Shown: piece after piece, positions 1-9,800 of the stretch
How positions within the stretch are numbered: position 1 is the first letter of the stretch
Layout of the letters: each line of letters opens with the position of its first letter
DNA from: a virus
Taxonomy: Duplodnaviria > Caudoviricetes
Direction: 5' to 3' (one strand)
IMG/VR virus record: IMGVR_UViG_3300027867_000005
Span: 506-64,505 of that record
DNA: 64,000 bases
Program-made: the position numbers and the translations under genes
The notes under the pieces: model-generated
What the model was told of the DNA's origin: nothing
What the model saw: the letters and a program-made list of their open reading frames with translations, nothing else
Databases searched by the model: none

Positions 1-3000
1 GATCTCATCACCCTCGCAGGCGGCGTATATGTGTTGCCGGCGGTTCTGTCGGTCACGAACACGACGCTGGTCGCGCTGCTCCTCAATAATCCGGGGATCG
101 GCAATTACGCGCCTGGAGACACGATCCATCTGGCGGGCGGCACCCAATCGACGCCGGCCTTCGTGACGGTGCAGACCACAAAGGTCGTTTCGGCTACGGT
201 CGCCGCGGGAGGGACTGGCGGCACCAACGGGACGCAGACGGTCACCGGCACGACGGGCACCGGCACAAAATTCCAGGCATCGGTAACCGTTGCGGGCGGC
301 GCGATAACCGCAGTCCTCGGCATCCTCGTTGGCGGCGACTACACGGTCAACCCGACGACGCCCGCGACGGAACCGGTCACGGGGGCAAGCCTCACCGGCG
401 CGCAATTGGATATCGTGATCGGCGTGCGCAGCATCACGCTCACCAATGGCGGCGTCTTTACCGCGAACGCTTCCAGCGGCACGTTCACCCAGGCGTCGAG
501 CTCTGGCACTGGCACGGGCGCAACATTCGTTGGCGGCATCTTCGGTCCGAACGTGCTGGCGATCTCCACCGCAGGCATTTACTCGGTCCTCCCGAGCAAC
601 CCGGTTTCGCAGGCATCGACCACCGGAGCAAGTGGTTTCGGGGCCACCTTCACGATGACCAGCGGGGCCACTGCGGCGTTCAACAACGGCGATTGGGTAT
701 TCTTCCGGAATGTCGGCGGCATGACGCAGTTGAACGGCAACACCTACATCGTTGCCGGTGTCTCCGGGGTCAATTTCAGTCTGACCGATCTTGATGGCAA
801 TGCCATCGACTCGACGAGCTACGGCGTCTTTACCAGCGGCGGCACCGTCGCGCGCATCTACACGCTGACGACCCCATACGCCGCCGCCGATCTTCCCTAT
901 CTGAAATACACGCAGGACACCGACACGATGTCGCTGACCTGCGTCAATATCTCGACGGGAACAGAATACCCGCCGCAGGAACTGAAGCGTTTCGGGGCGA
1001 CCAATTGGACGATCGCGCCGCTTGCGATCGGCGCGGTAGTCCCGGCTCCTACGGGCCTCACCGCCACGGCATCGAACAATCCGGATAGCGGCGCAAGCCC
1101 GCCGACGCAACCCTGCGCCTATGCCTATGTCGTGACGGCGGTCGACCTCGTGACGGGGCAGCAGAGCATCGCTAGCGCGCGCGCCGATGTCGTCAACACC
1201 GTCGACATGAGCGTGACGGCGGGATCGATCACGCTCCAATGGAACTCGATAAACTGGAACAATCCGGTCGCCTATAATGTCTACCGGACGGCGCCAGCAT
1301 ATAATACCGGAGGGAGCACGACCGTGGCGCTTCCGGTTCCGGCGGGGGCGCAGTTCTTCTTTGTCGGGCTGTCTTACGGGACGCAGCTCGTCGACACCAA
1401 CACGGTAACCGACGCCTCGACAACCCCGCCGCTGCACATCGACCCCTTCGCACCCGGCCAGGTGCAAAGCGTCCGTATCACCGCCAGCAGCAACGATTGG
1501 ACGACGGCAACCGCATCAATCACGTCGGGAACAGGCTCGGGTTGGATCGGAGAATGCGTGATCGTCGACGGTTCCATCGTCGCCATCATCGTGCTCGATC
1601 CGGGGATGAACTATACCTCGGCCGATACTCTTTCGGTCTCGGGCACCGGTACCAGCGTCACCGGCGCTCTCAACGTCGGGCCGCAGAGCGGCACCTATCC
1701 CGGCGTGACCGCGTATTTTCAAACGCGCCGGATTTACGCCAACACCCGCAACCAGCCCGACACGTTCTTTACCTCGCAGTCGGAGAACTTCACCGATTTC
1801 GACTCCTCTAACCCCCCGGTCGCCGATGATGCGATCACGGCATCGCCTTTCAGCCAGACAGTCGACGGCATCCAGTGGCTTTTGCCGACGCTGGGCGGTC
1901 TCGTCATTCTCACCGGCAACGGGGCTTGGCAGGTCACGGGAACGGGCGGAAGCGCATTTGCGCCGGTGCCTATCACGCCGTCCTCGCTCGAAGCAACGCC
2001 GCAGGCGGTCAACGGCGCCGATGCGGTGTGCATGCCGACCAAGGTCAACAATGATATCCTCTATCTGTCGTCGACCGGCCAATTCTATTACGAACTGAAC
2101 TACACGATCTATTTCAACAGCTTCACCGTCGTCGACATCTCGTGGACATCGGCGCATTTCTTCCTCGGCCAGACGATCAGGCAAAATGCGTGGTGTCTTC
2201 AGCCGTACAAGATCCTTTGGGCGGTGCGCGGAGACGGAGCGTTCCTGTCGCTGACCTGGCTCAAAGAGCAGGAGGTTGTCGGCTGGACGCGGCACGATAC
2301 GCAGGGCGTGGTGCAGGGTGTCTGTACCGTCACCGAGCCGCCCGTCGATGCGCTCTACATGATAGTGCAGCGTTTCGTTCAAAGCCGGTGGCTCTATTTC
2401 GCCGAGCGGATGGACAACCGCATCTGGAACGATGTCGAGACGACATGGTGCGTCGACTGCGGTCTCTCGACGCTGACGGCCGCTGCCTATCCCAGCGGCA
2501 TTCTGACGGTATCGGCGGCGACGGGCTCGCTCATCACGGTGCAGTCATCACAGGCGAATTTCGCGCCCGCCAATGTCGGCGACATCATCCGGGCCGGCGG
2601 CGGCATCCTCACGATAACCGCCTATTCGACAAGCCAGTTGGTCACCGGCACGTGGACGAAGCCGCTGACCGCGCTCATCCCCAATGATCCCCTCGGAACG
2701 CCGCTCCCCATTCCTGCGGGTCAATGGTCGATGCTTCCGCAGGTCACCGTCGTGACGGGGCTGTCGCATCTCGCCAATAAGCGGGTCGTCGGGCTGCTCG
2801 ATGGTATCCCGATCGGCGGCGGCGCGGCCGCCAATCCTAATTTCCCCGGCCCCTACATCGTGAGCAGTACCGGATCGCTGACGTTGCCGTTCGAAGCGAG
2901 CCTCGTCACAATCGGTCTCGCCTTTACCCCGCAAGTGCAATCGCTTTATCTGGACGAAGGACAGCCAACGGTGCAGACGCGGCGCAAGGTCATCAACAAC

Positions 3001-3384
3001 GCATCGGCGCGGCTCGCGGCATCGGGATGGCCGTTCGTGTCGATCAACCAGCCGGACGGAAGCTCGCTTGACCCGATGGAAATCGCGCCCCCATGGGCAT
3101 TGGGACAGAAGATGCGGCCAACCCCGCCAGGACAGACATCACCAAGCCCGCCCTACCAGACGGCAGCGGGACAGACCGTACAGCCGCTGACGACAGGCGA
3201 TGTCTATTCCAATGTCATTGCCACATGGCGCAAGCCGGGCCAGCTTGCCCTGCAACAGCCGCTTCCGCTTCCGCTCAACGTAACGGCCTTTGTGGTCAAT
3301 GATGTTCCGGGCGATCTTCCGGAAGCCGGGATTTCGCCGCGGCAACAGCCTCCACCGCGCGGGCCGCAGAGACGGGCGACATGA
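1..3384 (+). CDS. Tail tubular protein B / nozzle (T7 gp12, P22 gp10-like), 5' truncated, with Gly/Thr-rich inserts and an E1-FCCH-like domain
   Basis: Frame is open from base 1. Motifs YPGVTAYFQTRRIYANT, WLKEQEVVGWTRHDT and GLSHLANKRV. Segment NGDWVFFRNVGGMTQLNGNTY resembles the FCCH-like insert. Lies just upstream of the internal virion genes. Confidence 0.85.
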   Translation, partial: DLITLAGGVYVLPAVLSVTNTTLVALLLNNPGIGNYAPGDTIHLAGGTQSTPAFVTVQTTKVVSATVAAGGTGGTNGTQTVTGTTGTGTKFQASVTVAGGAITAVLGILVGGDYTVNPTTPATEPVTGASLTGAQLDIVIGVRSITLTNGGVFTANASSGTFTQASSSGTGTGATFVGGIFGPNVLAISTAGIYSVLPSNPVSQASTTGASGFGATFTMTSGATAAFNNGDWVFFRNVGGMTQLNGNTYIVAGVSGVNFSLTDLDGNAIDSTSYGVFTSGGTVARIYTLTTPYAAADLPYLKYTQDTDTMSLTCVNISTGTEYPPQELKRFGATNWTIAPLAIGAVVPAPTGLTATASNNPDSGASPPTQPCAYAYVVTAVDLVTGQQSIASARADVVNTVDMSVTAGSITLQWNSINWNNPVAYNVYRTAPAYNTGGSTTVALPVPAGAQFFFVGLSYGTQLVDTNTVTDASTTPPLHIDPFAPGQVQSVRITASSNDWTTATASITSGTGSGWIGECVIVDGSIVAIIVLDPGMNYTSADTLSVSGTGTSVTGALNVGPQSGTYPGVTAYFQTRRIYANTRNQPDTFFTSQSENFTDFDSSNPPVADDAITASPFSQTVDGIQWLLPTLGGLVILTGNGAWQVTGTGGSAFAPVPITPSSLEATPQAVNGADAVCMPTKVNNDILYLSSTGQFYYELNYTIYFNSFTVVDISWTSAHFFLGQTIRQNAWCLQPYKILWAVRGDGAFLSLTWLKEQEVVGWTRHDTQGVVQGVCTVTEPPVDALYMIVQRFVQSRWLYFAERMDNRIWNDVETTWCVDCGLSTLTAAAYPSGILTVSAATGSLITVQSSQANFAPANVGDIIRAGGGILTITAYSTSQLVTGTWTKPLTALIPNDPLGTPLPIPAGQWSMLPQVTVVTGLSHLANKRVVGLLDGIPIGGGAAANPNFPGPYIVSSTGSLTLPFEASLVTIGLAFTPQVQSLYLDEGQPTVQTRRKVINNASARLAASGWPFVSINQPDGSSLDPMEIAPPWALGQKMRPTPPGQTSPSPPYQTAAGQTVQPLTTGDVYSNVIATWRKPGQLALQQPLPLPLNVTAFVVNDVPGDLPEAGISPRQQPPPRGPQRRAT

Positions 3385-3854
3385 TGTCACCCTATGTCAT
3401 CCGCGATTGTCGGCTGGCCGATCTTCGGGCGCTGGTGCCAGCGATGCGTGCCGCCGATCGCAGCGAGATCGAGGGCGCAGGGATGGTGCCCCGGCACGCG
3501 CTGTTCGACCTCTGGCGGCGCTCGCCCGATCCGCAGATTGCCGAGATACGCGACGGCGCCGGCTGGCGGATCGCTGCGGCATGGGGTGACTGCGGGACGA
3601 TGCTCAATCCCATCGGCTCGGCGTGGCTCTTTACCACGGATGCCGTTGAGCTTGCGCCGCTCGCATTCTTCCGGCATGCCCGGTCATGGGCATATTCCCG
3701 TCTTGATTTCCGCAAAAAGATCGTAAGCTCAGTACGTTCGGACTATACGAGCGCGCTGAGGTTTTTTGCGATGATGGGATTTTCGGTTGGCGAACCGCAG
3801 GCAATCCCGCCGCACGGCATCGCCTATTCGATGATCGAGTTGAGGCGGCACTAA
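3381..3854 (+). CDS. Acetyltransferase-like internal virion protein A (T7 gp13-like)
   Basis: MRAADRSEI...AWLFTTD...SALRFFAMMGF pattern; follows the nozzle gene. Confidence 0.7.
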   Translation: MMSPYVIRDCRLADLRALVPAMRAADRSEIEGAGMVPRHALFDLWRRSPDPQIAEIRDGAGWRIAAAWGDCGTMLNPIGSAWLFTTDAVELAPLAFFRHARSWAYSRLDFRKKIVSSVRSDYTSALRFFAMMGFSVGEPQAIPPHGIAYSMIELRRH

Positions 3855-3855
3855 G

Positions 3856-4413
3856 ATGGGCCTTGAGGTACTCGCCCTTGCGGCCTCTGGCATCGGCACC
3901 GGCATTTCGGCGATCGGTGCGATCAACTCGGCCAATGCCACGGCAAAAAACGCGGCCTATCAGGCGCAGGTCGCTCGGAACAACCAGATCACCGCCGCTC
4001 GCAATGCGCAGTACGCGAGCCAAGCGGGTGCTGCCACGACGACTGCCGCACAGTTGAAACAGCGCAGCGAGCTTGCCGACATCACCGCCGCTGCGGGAGC
4101 GAGCGGAGTGGATATCAACAGCGGATCGCCGCTTGCGGTACGCCGGTCAGAGGCTGAACTTGGGCAGTTGAACACCCAAAACACCGCGCAGAACACCGCA
4201 CTCAATATTTACGGCTATCGGGTGCAGGAAAGCAATTTCGGGGCGCAGGCCGGCATCGAGCAGAACATCGCCGCACAGGCTCCGGTTGCCGGGGCGATAT
4301 CCGCGAGCGGGACGCTCCTATCCGGCGCCGGGAGTCTCGCAAGCAAGTGGCTCTCGTGGCAGAACCCGAACCCGGCAGGCCCGGCGGCGGAAGGAACCGG
4401 GGGTCTGTACTAG
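3856..4413 (+). CDS. Internal virion/ejection protein (T7 gp14-like)
   Basis: Ala/Gln-rich, hydrophobic N-terminus, AASGVD-like motif (GASGVDINSGS), synteny. Confidence 0.7.
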   Translation: MGLEVLALAASGIGTGISAIGAINSANATAKNAAYQAQVARNNQITAARNAQYASQAGAATTTAAQLKQRSELADITAAAGASGVDINSGSPLAVRRSEAELGQLNTQNTAQNTALNIYGYRVQESNFGAQAGIEQNIAAQAPVAGAISASGTLLSGAGSLASKWLSWQNPNPAGPAAEGTGGLY

Positions 4414-6873
4414 ATGGCGAGGACGCTTTTCACGCCATACCCGGAGACGACGCCGACCCTGACGCCGCCGCAGGACTATCAGCATGTCGATACATCGCCT
4501 GCGGCGTTCGGGGCGTTGCAGGGGCAGGCGCTCGAGCATGCCGGGGCGCAGCTCGCCCAGACCGGCAACGAGCTTACCAACACCTACAGCGAATTGTCGG
4601 CGCAGCAGGCCAATTCAGGGTTTACGGACAAGGTGAACAAAATCCTGTTCGGCGATCCGGATACGCCCGGCGATGTGGGTTATTACGGGATGCACGGACA
4701 GGCCGCGATGGATAACCGCGGCGCAACGCTGAAGGCGATCGAGGATGCGCGGCAACAGGCGCTCGGCGGTCTCAGCACGACCCAAGCGCAGGTCATGTTC
4801 AGCAATGAGGCACGCTACTACACAGCGAGGATAACAGCCGAGATCGGGCGGCATTACGATGACGAGTCGAAGGTATGGGCTGGGACGGTACAGAAGACCC
4901 GCTACAGCGATGCGCTGAACGACGCCGCTTTGCGGGGCTGGCAAGACCCGAATGCCCTCTTGACGGCGGAAGGACAGGCCGCGAGCGCGCTGATGCAGGC
5001 CGATCAGTCCGTGGGAATTCTCCCGCCATCGGGGCAGCCCACGACGCCGGAGCAAGACGCCATCATCCTGGCGCATGAGCATCAAGCCAAGGTCGACACC
5101 GTGGAGGCGGCGATCAAATCGGCTCTCGGACGAAATCAGCCGGGCATTGCCCAATCGCTTTTTGACAGCAACAAGGACGTGCTCTCGGCATCGAAGAACT
5201 TTGATGAGTTGGCGCGGCAGCTCAAAACGAGCGGAAATGCCGCCATCGGCATGGGCATGCTGAACGATGCGCAAGGGCGCGCAGGCAGCGCATCGACGCA
5301 ACAATCGGCTCCCGCCGTAAGCAGCAACGCGGTAAATACTTCCATTCCGCCCGAAGGTCGGGCGCTGCTGGATACGCTTGCAGGCCCCGAGAGCGGCGGT
5401 GCCTACAATGTCCGATGGAATGGATCGCGGGGCGACGCCACATTCTCCAGCTACGCCGATCATCCCCGCGTCTACGCGCCGGGGCCTCAAGGGCCGAGTT
5501 CGGCAGCAGGCCGCTATCAGATCGTCGCGAGCACGTGGGACAAGGTAGCGCCTGAAATTGGGGCGACCGATTTTTCACCGCCCAATCAGGACGCCGCAGC
5601 ATGGCAAATCGCCCAGGACGCCTATAAGCAGCAGACGGGCGGCGATTTGCTCACGGCATTACGCCAAGGCCAGACTGCATCGGTTCAGAGCGCGCTTCGC
5701 AACAGCAACCAATGGACGACGGCAAACATGTCGTCCTACGGAGCAAATCTGGCGAAATACCAGAATGCGACGGCCGGACAGACGGGGGCCGGCACCCAGG
5801 CGCAGCCGATTCCAACTGCATTGCCGCCGGGTCAGCCGCAAACCCCGCCGGTGGCGCAGCCGCCGAGCATCGAGGGGCTATCGCTCGCGCAATCGGAACT
5901 CGCACAGCGGCACGCAGCGACCATACAGCATCTCATCGACGATCCGCGAGCGCAGACAAATCCTGAAGCGCTCCAGCATGCTATCGCCGTTGAGGACACG
6001 CAGTTTCGCGCCAAGGACGCTGCGCTGGCGCTGCAAAAGCAGGCGATCACCGAACAGCAGGGCTTGGTCGCGGATAATATCGTAAAGCGGCTGATGGCTG
6101 GTGACAGCGGCCCGGACATGGTCAACCAAATCGCCGCAGCCGAGGTCAGCGAGCCTGTGCGGGCGCATCTGTGGGCGCTCCTCGACGAGCACAACAAGAA
6201 CACGCCTGACGCGGGGCTTCGGGATTTCGGGCCGGGCTATTACGACGTGGTTAAACGCATGGGATTAAAGCCGGACGATCCCAATAGAATTTCCGATTAT
6301 TCGCAACTCCTGGCCATGACGGTTCCTGATCAAACCGGCTTTCGCTGGTTGAGCGAGAACGGGCTGAAACAGGCGTCTCTCGACTTGGCGAGCACGAAGA
6401 AACCCGAAAGTGCCGCCGATCTTCAGGTCAAGGCCGCGCAGCTCGAAGCGGTGAAGCATTTCCTCGCCTTCGAGGATGACGGGACCAACAAGCTTGATCC
6501 TGTCGGCATGGCATCGTTCGCCCGCTTCATGCCTGTTTTCCAGAAGTATTGGGACTCGCCGCAGCGCCTCATCGACCAAGGTAAGGGCGATCCGACAAAA
6601 GGCGATAGCCCGATGACCAACGCAATCTATGCGCTGGCCATGCCGTACAAGCGCTCTGCGGCAGAGTTCCAGAAGGATTTCATGACCGCGCCGCAGCCTG
6701 CGCCGGAAGTGAAGATCGAAACCCAGGACGATCTCGCGAAGGCGATCTCCAACGGCACCTTGACCAAGGCGCAAGGCCAGCAGATCGGCATCGAGCGCGG
6801 CTGGATTGTTCCTCGCGCAGCAACGCCGCCGGCACCCGCTGCGCCGGCCGAACCGCAAGCCCCGATGCGCTGA
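4414..6873 (+). CDS. Internal virion protein with lambda-R-like lysozyme/transglycosylase domain
   Basis: RALLDTLAGPES...SSAAGRYQIVASTWD...DFSPPNQDAAAW matches lambda lysozyme family motifs. Confidence 0.8.
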   Translation: MARTLFTPYPETTPTLTPPQDYQHVDTSPAAFGALQGQALEHAGAQLAQTGNELTNTYSELSAQQANSGFTDKVNKILFGDPDTPGDVGYYGMHGQAAMDNRGATLKAIEDARQQALGGLSTTQAQVMFSNEARYYTARITAEIGRHYDDESKVWAGTVQKTRYSDALNDAALRGWQDPNALLTAEGQAASALMQADQSVGILPPSGQPTTPEQDAIILAHEHQAKVDTVEAAIKSALGRNQPGIAQSLFDSNKDVLSASKNFDELARQLKTSGNAAIGMGMLNDAQGRAGSASTQQSAPAVSSNAVNTSIPPEGRALLDTLAGPESGGAYNVRWNGSRGDATFSSYADHPRVYAPGPQGPSSAAGRYQIVASTWDKVAPEIGATDFSPPNQDAAAWQIAQDAYKQQTGGDLLTALRQGQTASVQSALRNSNQWTTANMSSYGANLAKYQNATAGQTGAGTQAQPIPTALPPGQPQTPPVAQPPSIEGLSLAQSELAQRHAATIQHLIDDPRAQTNPEALQHAIAVEDTQFRAKDAALALQKQAITEQQGLVADNIVKRLMAGDSGPDMVNQIAAAEVSEPVRAHLWALLDEHNKNTPDAGLRDFGPGYYDVVKRMGLKPDDPNRISDYSQLLAMTVPDQTGFRWLSENGLKQASLDLASTKKPESAADLQVKAAQLEAVKHFLAFEDDGTNKLDPVGMASFARFMPVFQKYWDSPQRLIDQGKGDPTKGDSPMTNAIYALAMPYKRSAAEFQKDFMTAPQPAPEVKIETQDDLAKAISNGTLTKAQGQQIGIERGWIVPRAATPPAPAAPAEPQAPMR

Positions 6874-6876
6874 GCG

Positions 6877-9800
6877 ATGGCAGGAACCAATCCGTCAACC
6901 GATCCCGGCGTCTCGGCGGGTGCGACTGCCGCGGGGATGGCGCCGCCGCTGCCGGTCACGCCATCGCCGCAGGCCCCGGCTGCCAGCATCGATGAACTTC
7001 TGGCCCGCCGCGCGCCAGCACCGGAGAACGCCGCCGCTCCCGCCGATATCGACGAATTCATGTCCCGCTACGCGCCGCAGCCGCCGAACTCCTATGTGCT
7101 GGCTGAGGGCGGCGGGGTCATGCAGGGCGACCAGTGGGACTCCCTCTTCACCGGCGATACTCCCGGCGCGCGCATTCTCGATGCGATGGGTGCGGGCGCA
7201 AAGCATGCCTGGGGCGCACTCCCGATCGATTGGGATGAAAAAACCATCGATTACCTGAAGAAGTCCGGCGTCTTCCAGGATGCGCTCGCAACGATCATGG
7301 GGCCGGCGCAATCAGTGTCGCGGGCGCTCGGGAGCACCACCGGATCATCGTTCATCAAAGGCTATAACGAGGCCATGCTCCGTCCCTTGGCATGGGCAAT
7401 GGGGACGGCGGAAGTTGCCTATCGCGATATCGCCGCCGCGCAGGAAGGGGCCGCGGCCGGGGTCTATCAGACGGGACAGGAGCTTCAGAACGTTCCGGTC
7501 ATCGGCGCACTGGCGCCGGGAGAATTGGCCCGAGAAATTGCCGGCTCAATCCAGACCGGAGGCCCGTTCGCCGGGGCACCCGGCATGCTGCGAATGCACG
7601 TTCCGGAGCCGCCGACGCCGTTTTCGGCGGCAAGCGAAGCAAACCGCGAAGCCGTAAGCGCGCTCAATCCAGAACGCCTGCGTCCCGGCAATCTGGCGGT
7701 TGAACCGGCACCGCGCGGCGAAGTCACCATCGAAAGCATTGAGGCACGCGCGCTCGGGAAACCGTTCCGTCCCGCTTCGATCCCCGAAGCCCGATCACTG
7801 GCGGCGATCGGCGAAAGCGATGGCGGCTATTTCGATTTGACGACGCCGACGCCGGAAGTTCAAGCCGAACGGGATGCAGCCATTGCCGCCATCCCGAGCG
7901 AACCTCCAACTGTCCCGGCTATTACGCCCGATATCCAATCGGCAGCGCGGGCGGCCAACCCTGATCTGTTCGCGGAATTTGATGCGACAGGTCTTCGCGC
8001 CGACGCACTGCGCCGGCAAATTGATGACCTGCAAGCGCAACGCGAACAGCAATCAAGCCCCGAGATCGCCGCGCTCGATCAGCGCCTCGGCGATCTGCGG
8101 CAGATGCAGGGCCAGGAGCCGGCCACGACCGCCGCCGGTCGACAATTGCGGCGCCAGATCACGGCTGCGGTCAATGACCGGCAACGTCTCGTCGACGCCC
8201 TGCCGGAAACCGGCGATACCGCGGAGATGGCGGCCGCGCGGCAACAATTGCTGGCCGAAACCCATCGCATGTGGGATTTGAGTCCGCAGGTGCGCGAAGC
8301 CTACCGGACGGCCAGCGAGGCGATGCCGGCTGCCGAAGCAACCCCGCCAGAGGTCGCGCCCGAGCCGCAGCCAGCGCCGGAAGCGACCACGCCCGCTACG
8401 CCTGCAGCCGGAACCGCGCCAGGCGCACCAGCGCCGCCCGCAGCGCCCCCGCTGTCGATGCCCATCGCGCAGGATGTTGCCCGGCAATTGATGGCGGCAG
8501 GGCGGCCGGCGGAAGAAGCCGATGCAGTCGGAGCGATCCAGGCGGCACGCTACGCGGCGCGTTCGGCAAACCTCGAAGGCACGACACCCGAGCAGCTTTA
8601 CGCGGAGGAAGCGCCGACGATTGAGGCGGGGCCGGGCGCGAAGCGCGGCGCTATCACAATCAGCGACGCGCGCTCGACGATCCGGCTTCTCGGCCGCGCG
8701 GACGCTTCGACGGCGATCCATGAGTTGGGTCATAGCTGGTTTGAGGAACTGACCCGCGACGCTGCCGACGATCGTGCAACGCCTGCCGTCAAGGCCGATG
8801 CCGACACGGTGCAGAAATGGCTTGGTGTCGACGAAGGCGCGAGCCCGAGCCGGGCGCAGCATGAGAAATTCGCCCGTGGCGTCGAGCGCTACATGATGGA
8901 AGGCCGCGCGCCGACGCAGGCATTGGCAGGCGTCTTCGCCAAATTCAAGACATGGCTGACCAACATCTACCAGACGGTCGGGCGGCTGCGCTCGCCGATC
9001 AGCGACGATATCCGCCGCGTGTTCGATCGCATGCTGACGGCGCCTGAGAGAACGCTGATCACGCCGGAAGCGGAAGCCGCCGATTTTGCCGCACGGCACG
9101 AGGCGATCGCCGAACGCACGCCGGCAAACGAAGCCGCGGCGGCGGCGGATCATATCACCGACGAGGCGAACGACATCGCCGCGGAACGGAGTCCCGAAAT
9201 CCATGCAGAACTCACAAGCACCGGAGAACCCGGACCTGGAGGCGGCGCTGGCGGAGAGCCGGGCGCGGGTCAACAGCCTGATCGTGATGCAGTTGCGGCC
9301 GGGGCAGTCGGTGGAGAACCTGCAGCTCCTGGCCCAGCTCGAGCGGTCGGCGCGGGCGGCGGTGAAGTTGCGCCAGCGGGCGCTCGCAGCACAACAGCAA
9401 CAACAACAGCCGAACGCCCCGCCACCGATATCCCCCGAACCGACACCCGGCTTGTAGACAAGGCCGGGAACATTCGGCTCGACAACATCAACTCGCCGGA
9501 AGAGTGGAAAGAGGCGCTAAGGCAGGCAGCCGAGCGCAACGCTGATTTCACCGAGCGGCGCCGTGGTGTCGTGACCGATGCCCAGCGCAACGCGCTGGCC
9601 AATGTCCTCGGCACGACGCCCGATCGCGTTTTCACGAAGGAGATCGGCGAGAGTTTTACCGACAGCGAAATCAAGCTCCTGGAAAAGACGCTCGCGGAGT
9701 CGACGGCACATGTGACCGAGTTGGGGGCGAAGGCCATCGAAACCGGAAGCGACGCCGATATCGCAACCGCGACTGCGGCGTTGCTGCGTCACGACATGAT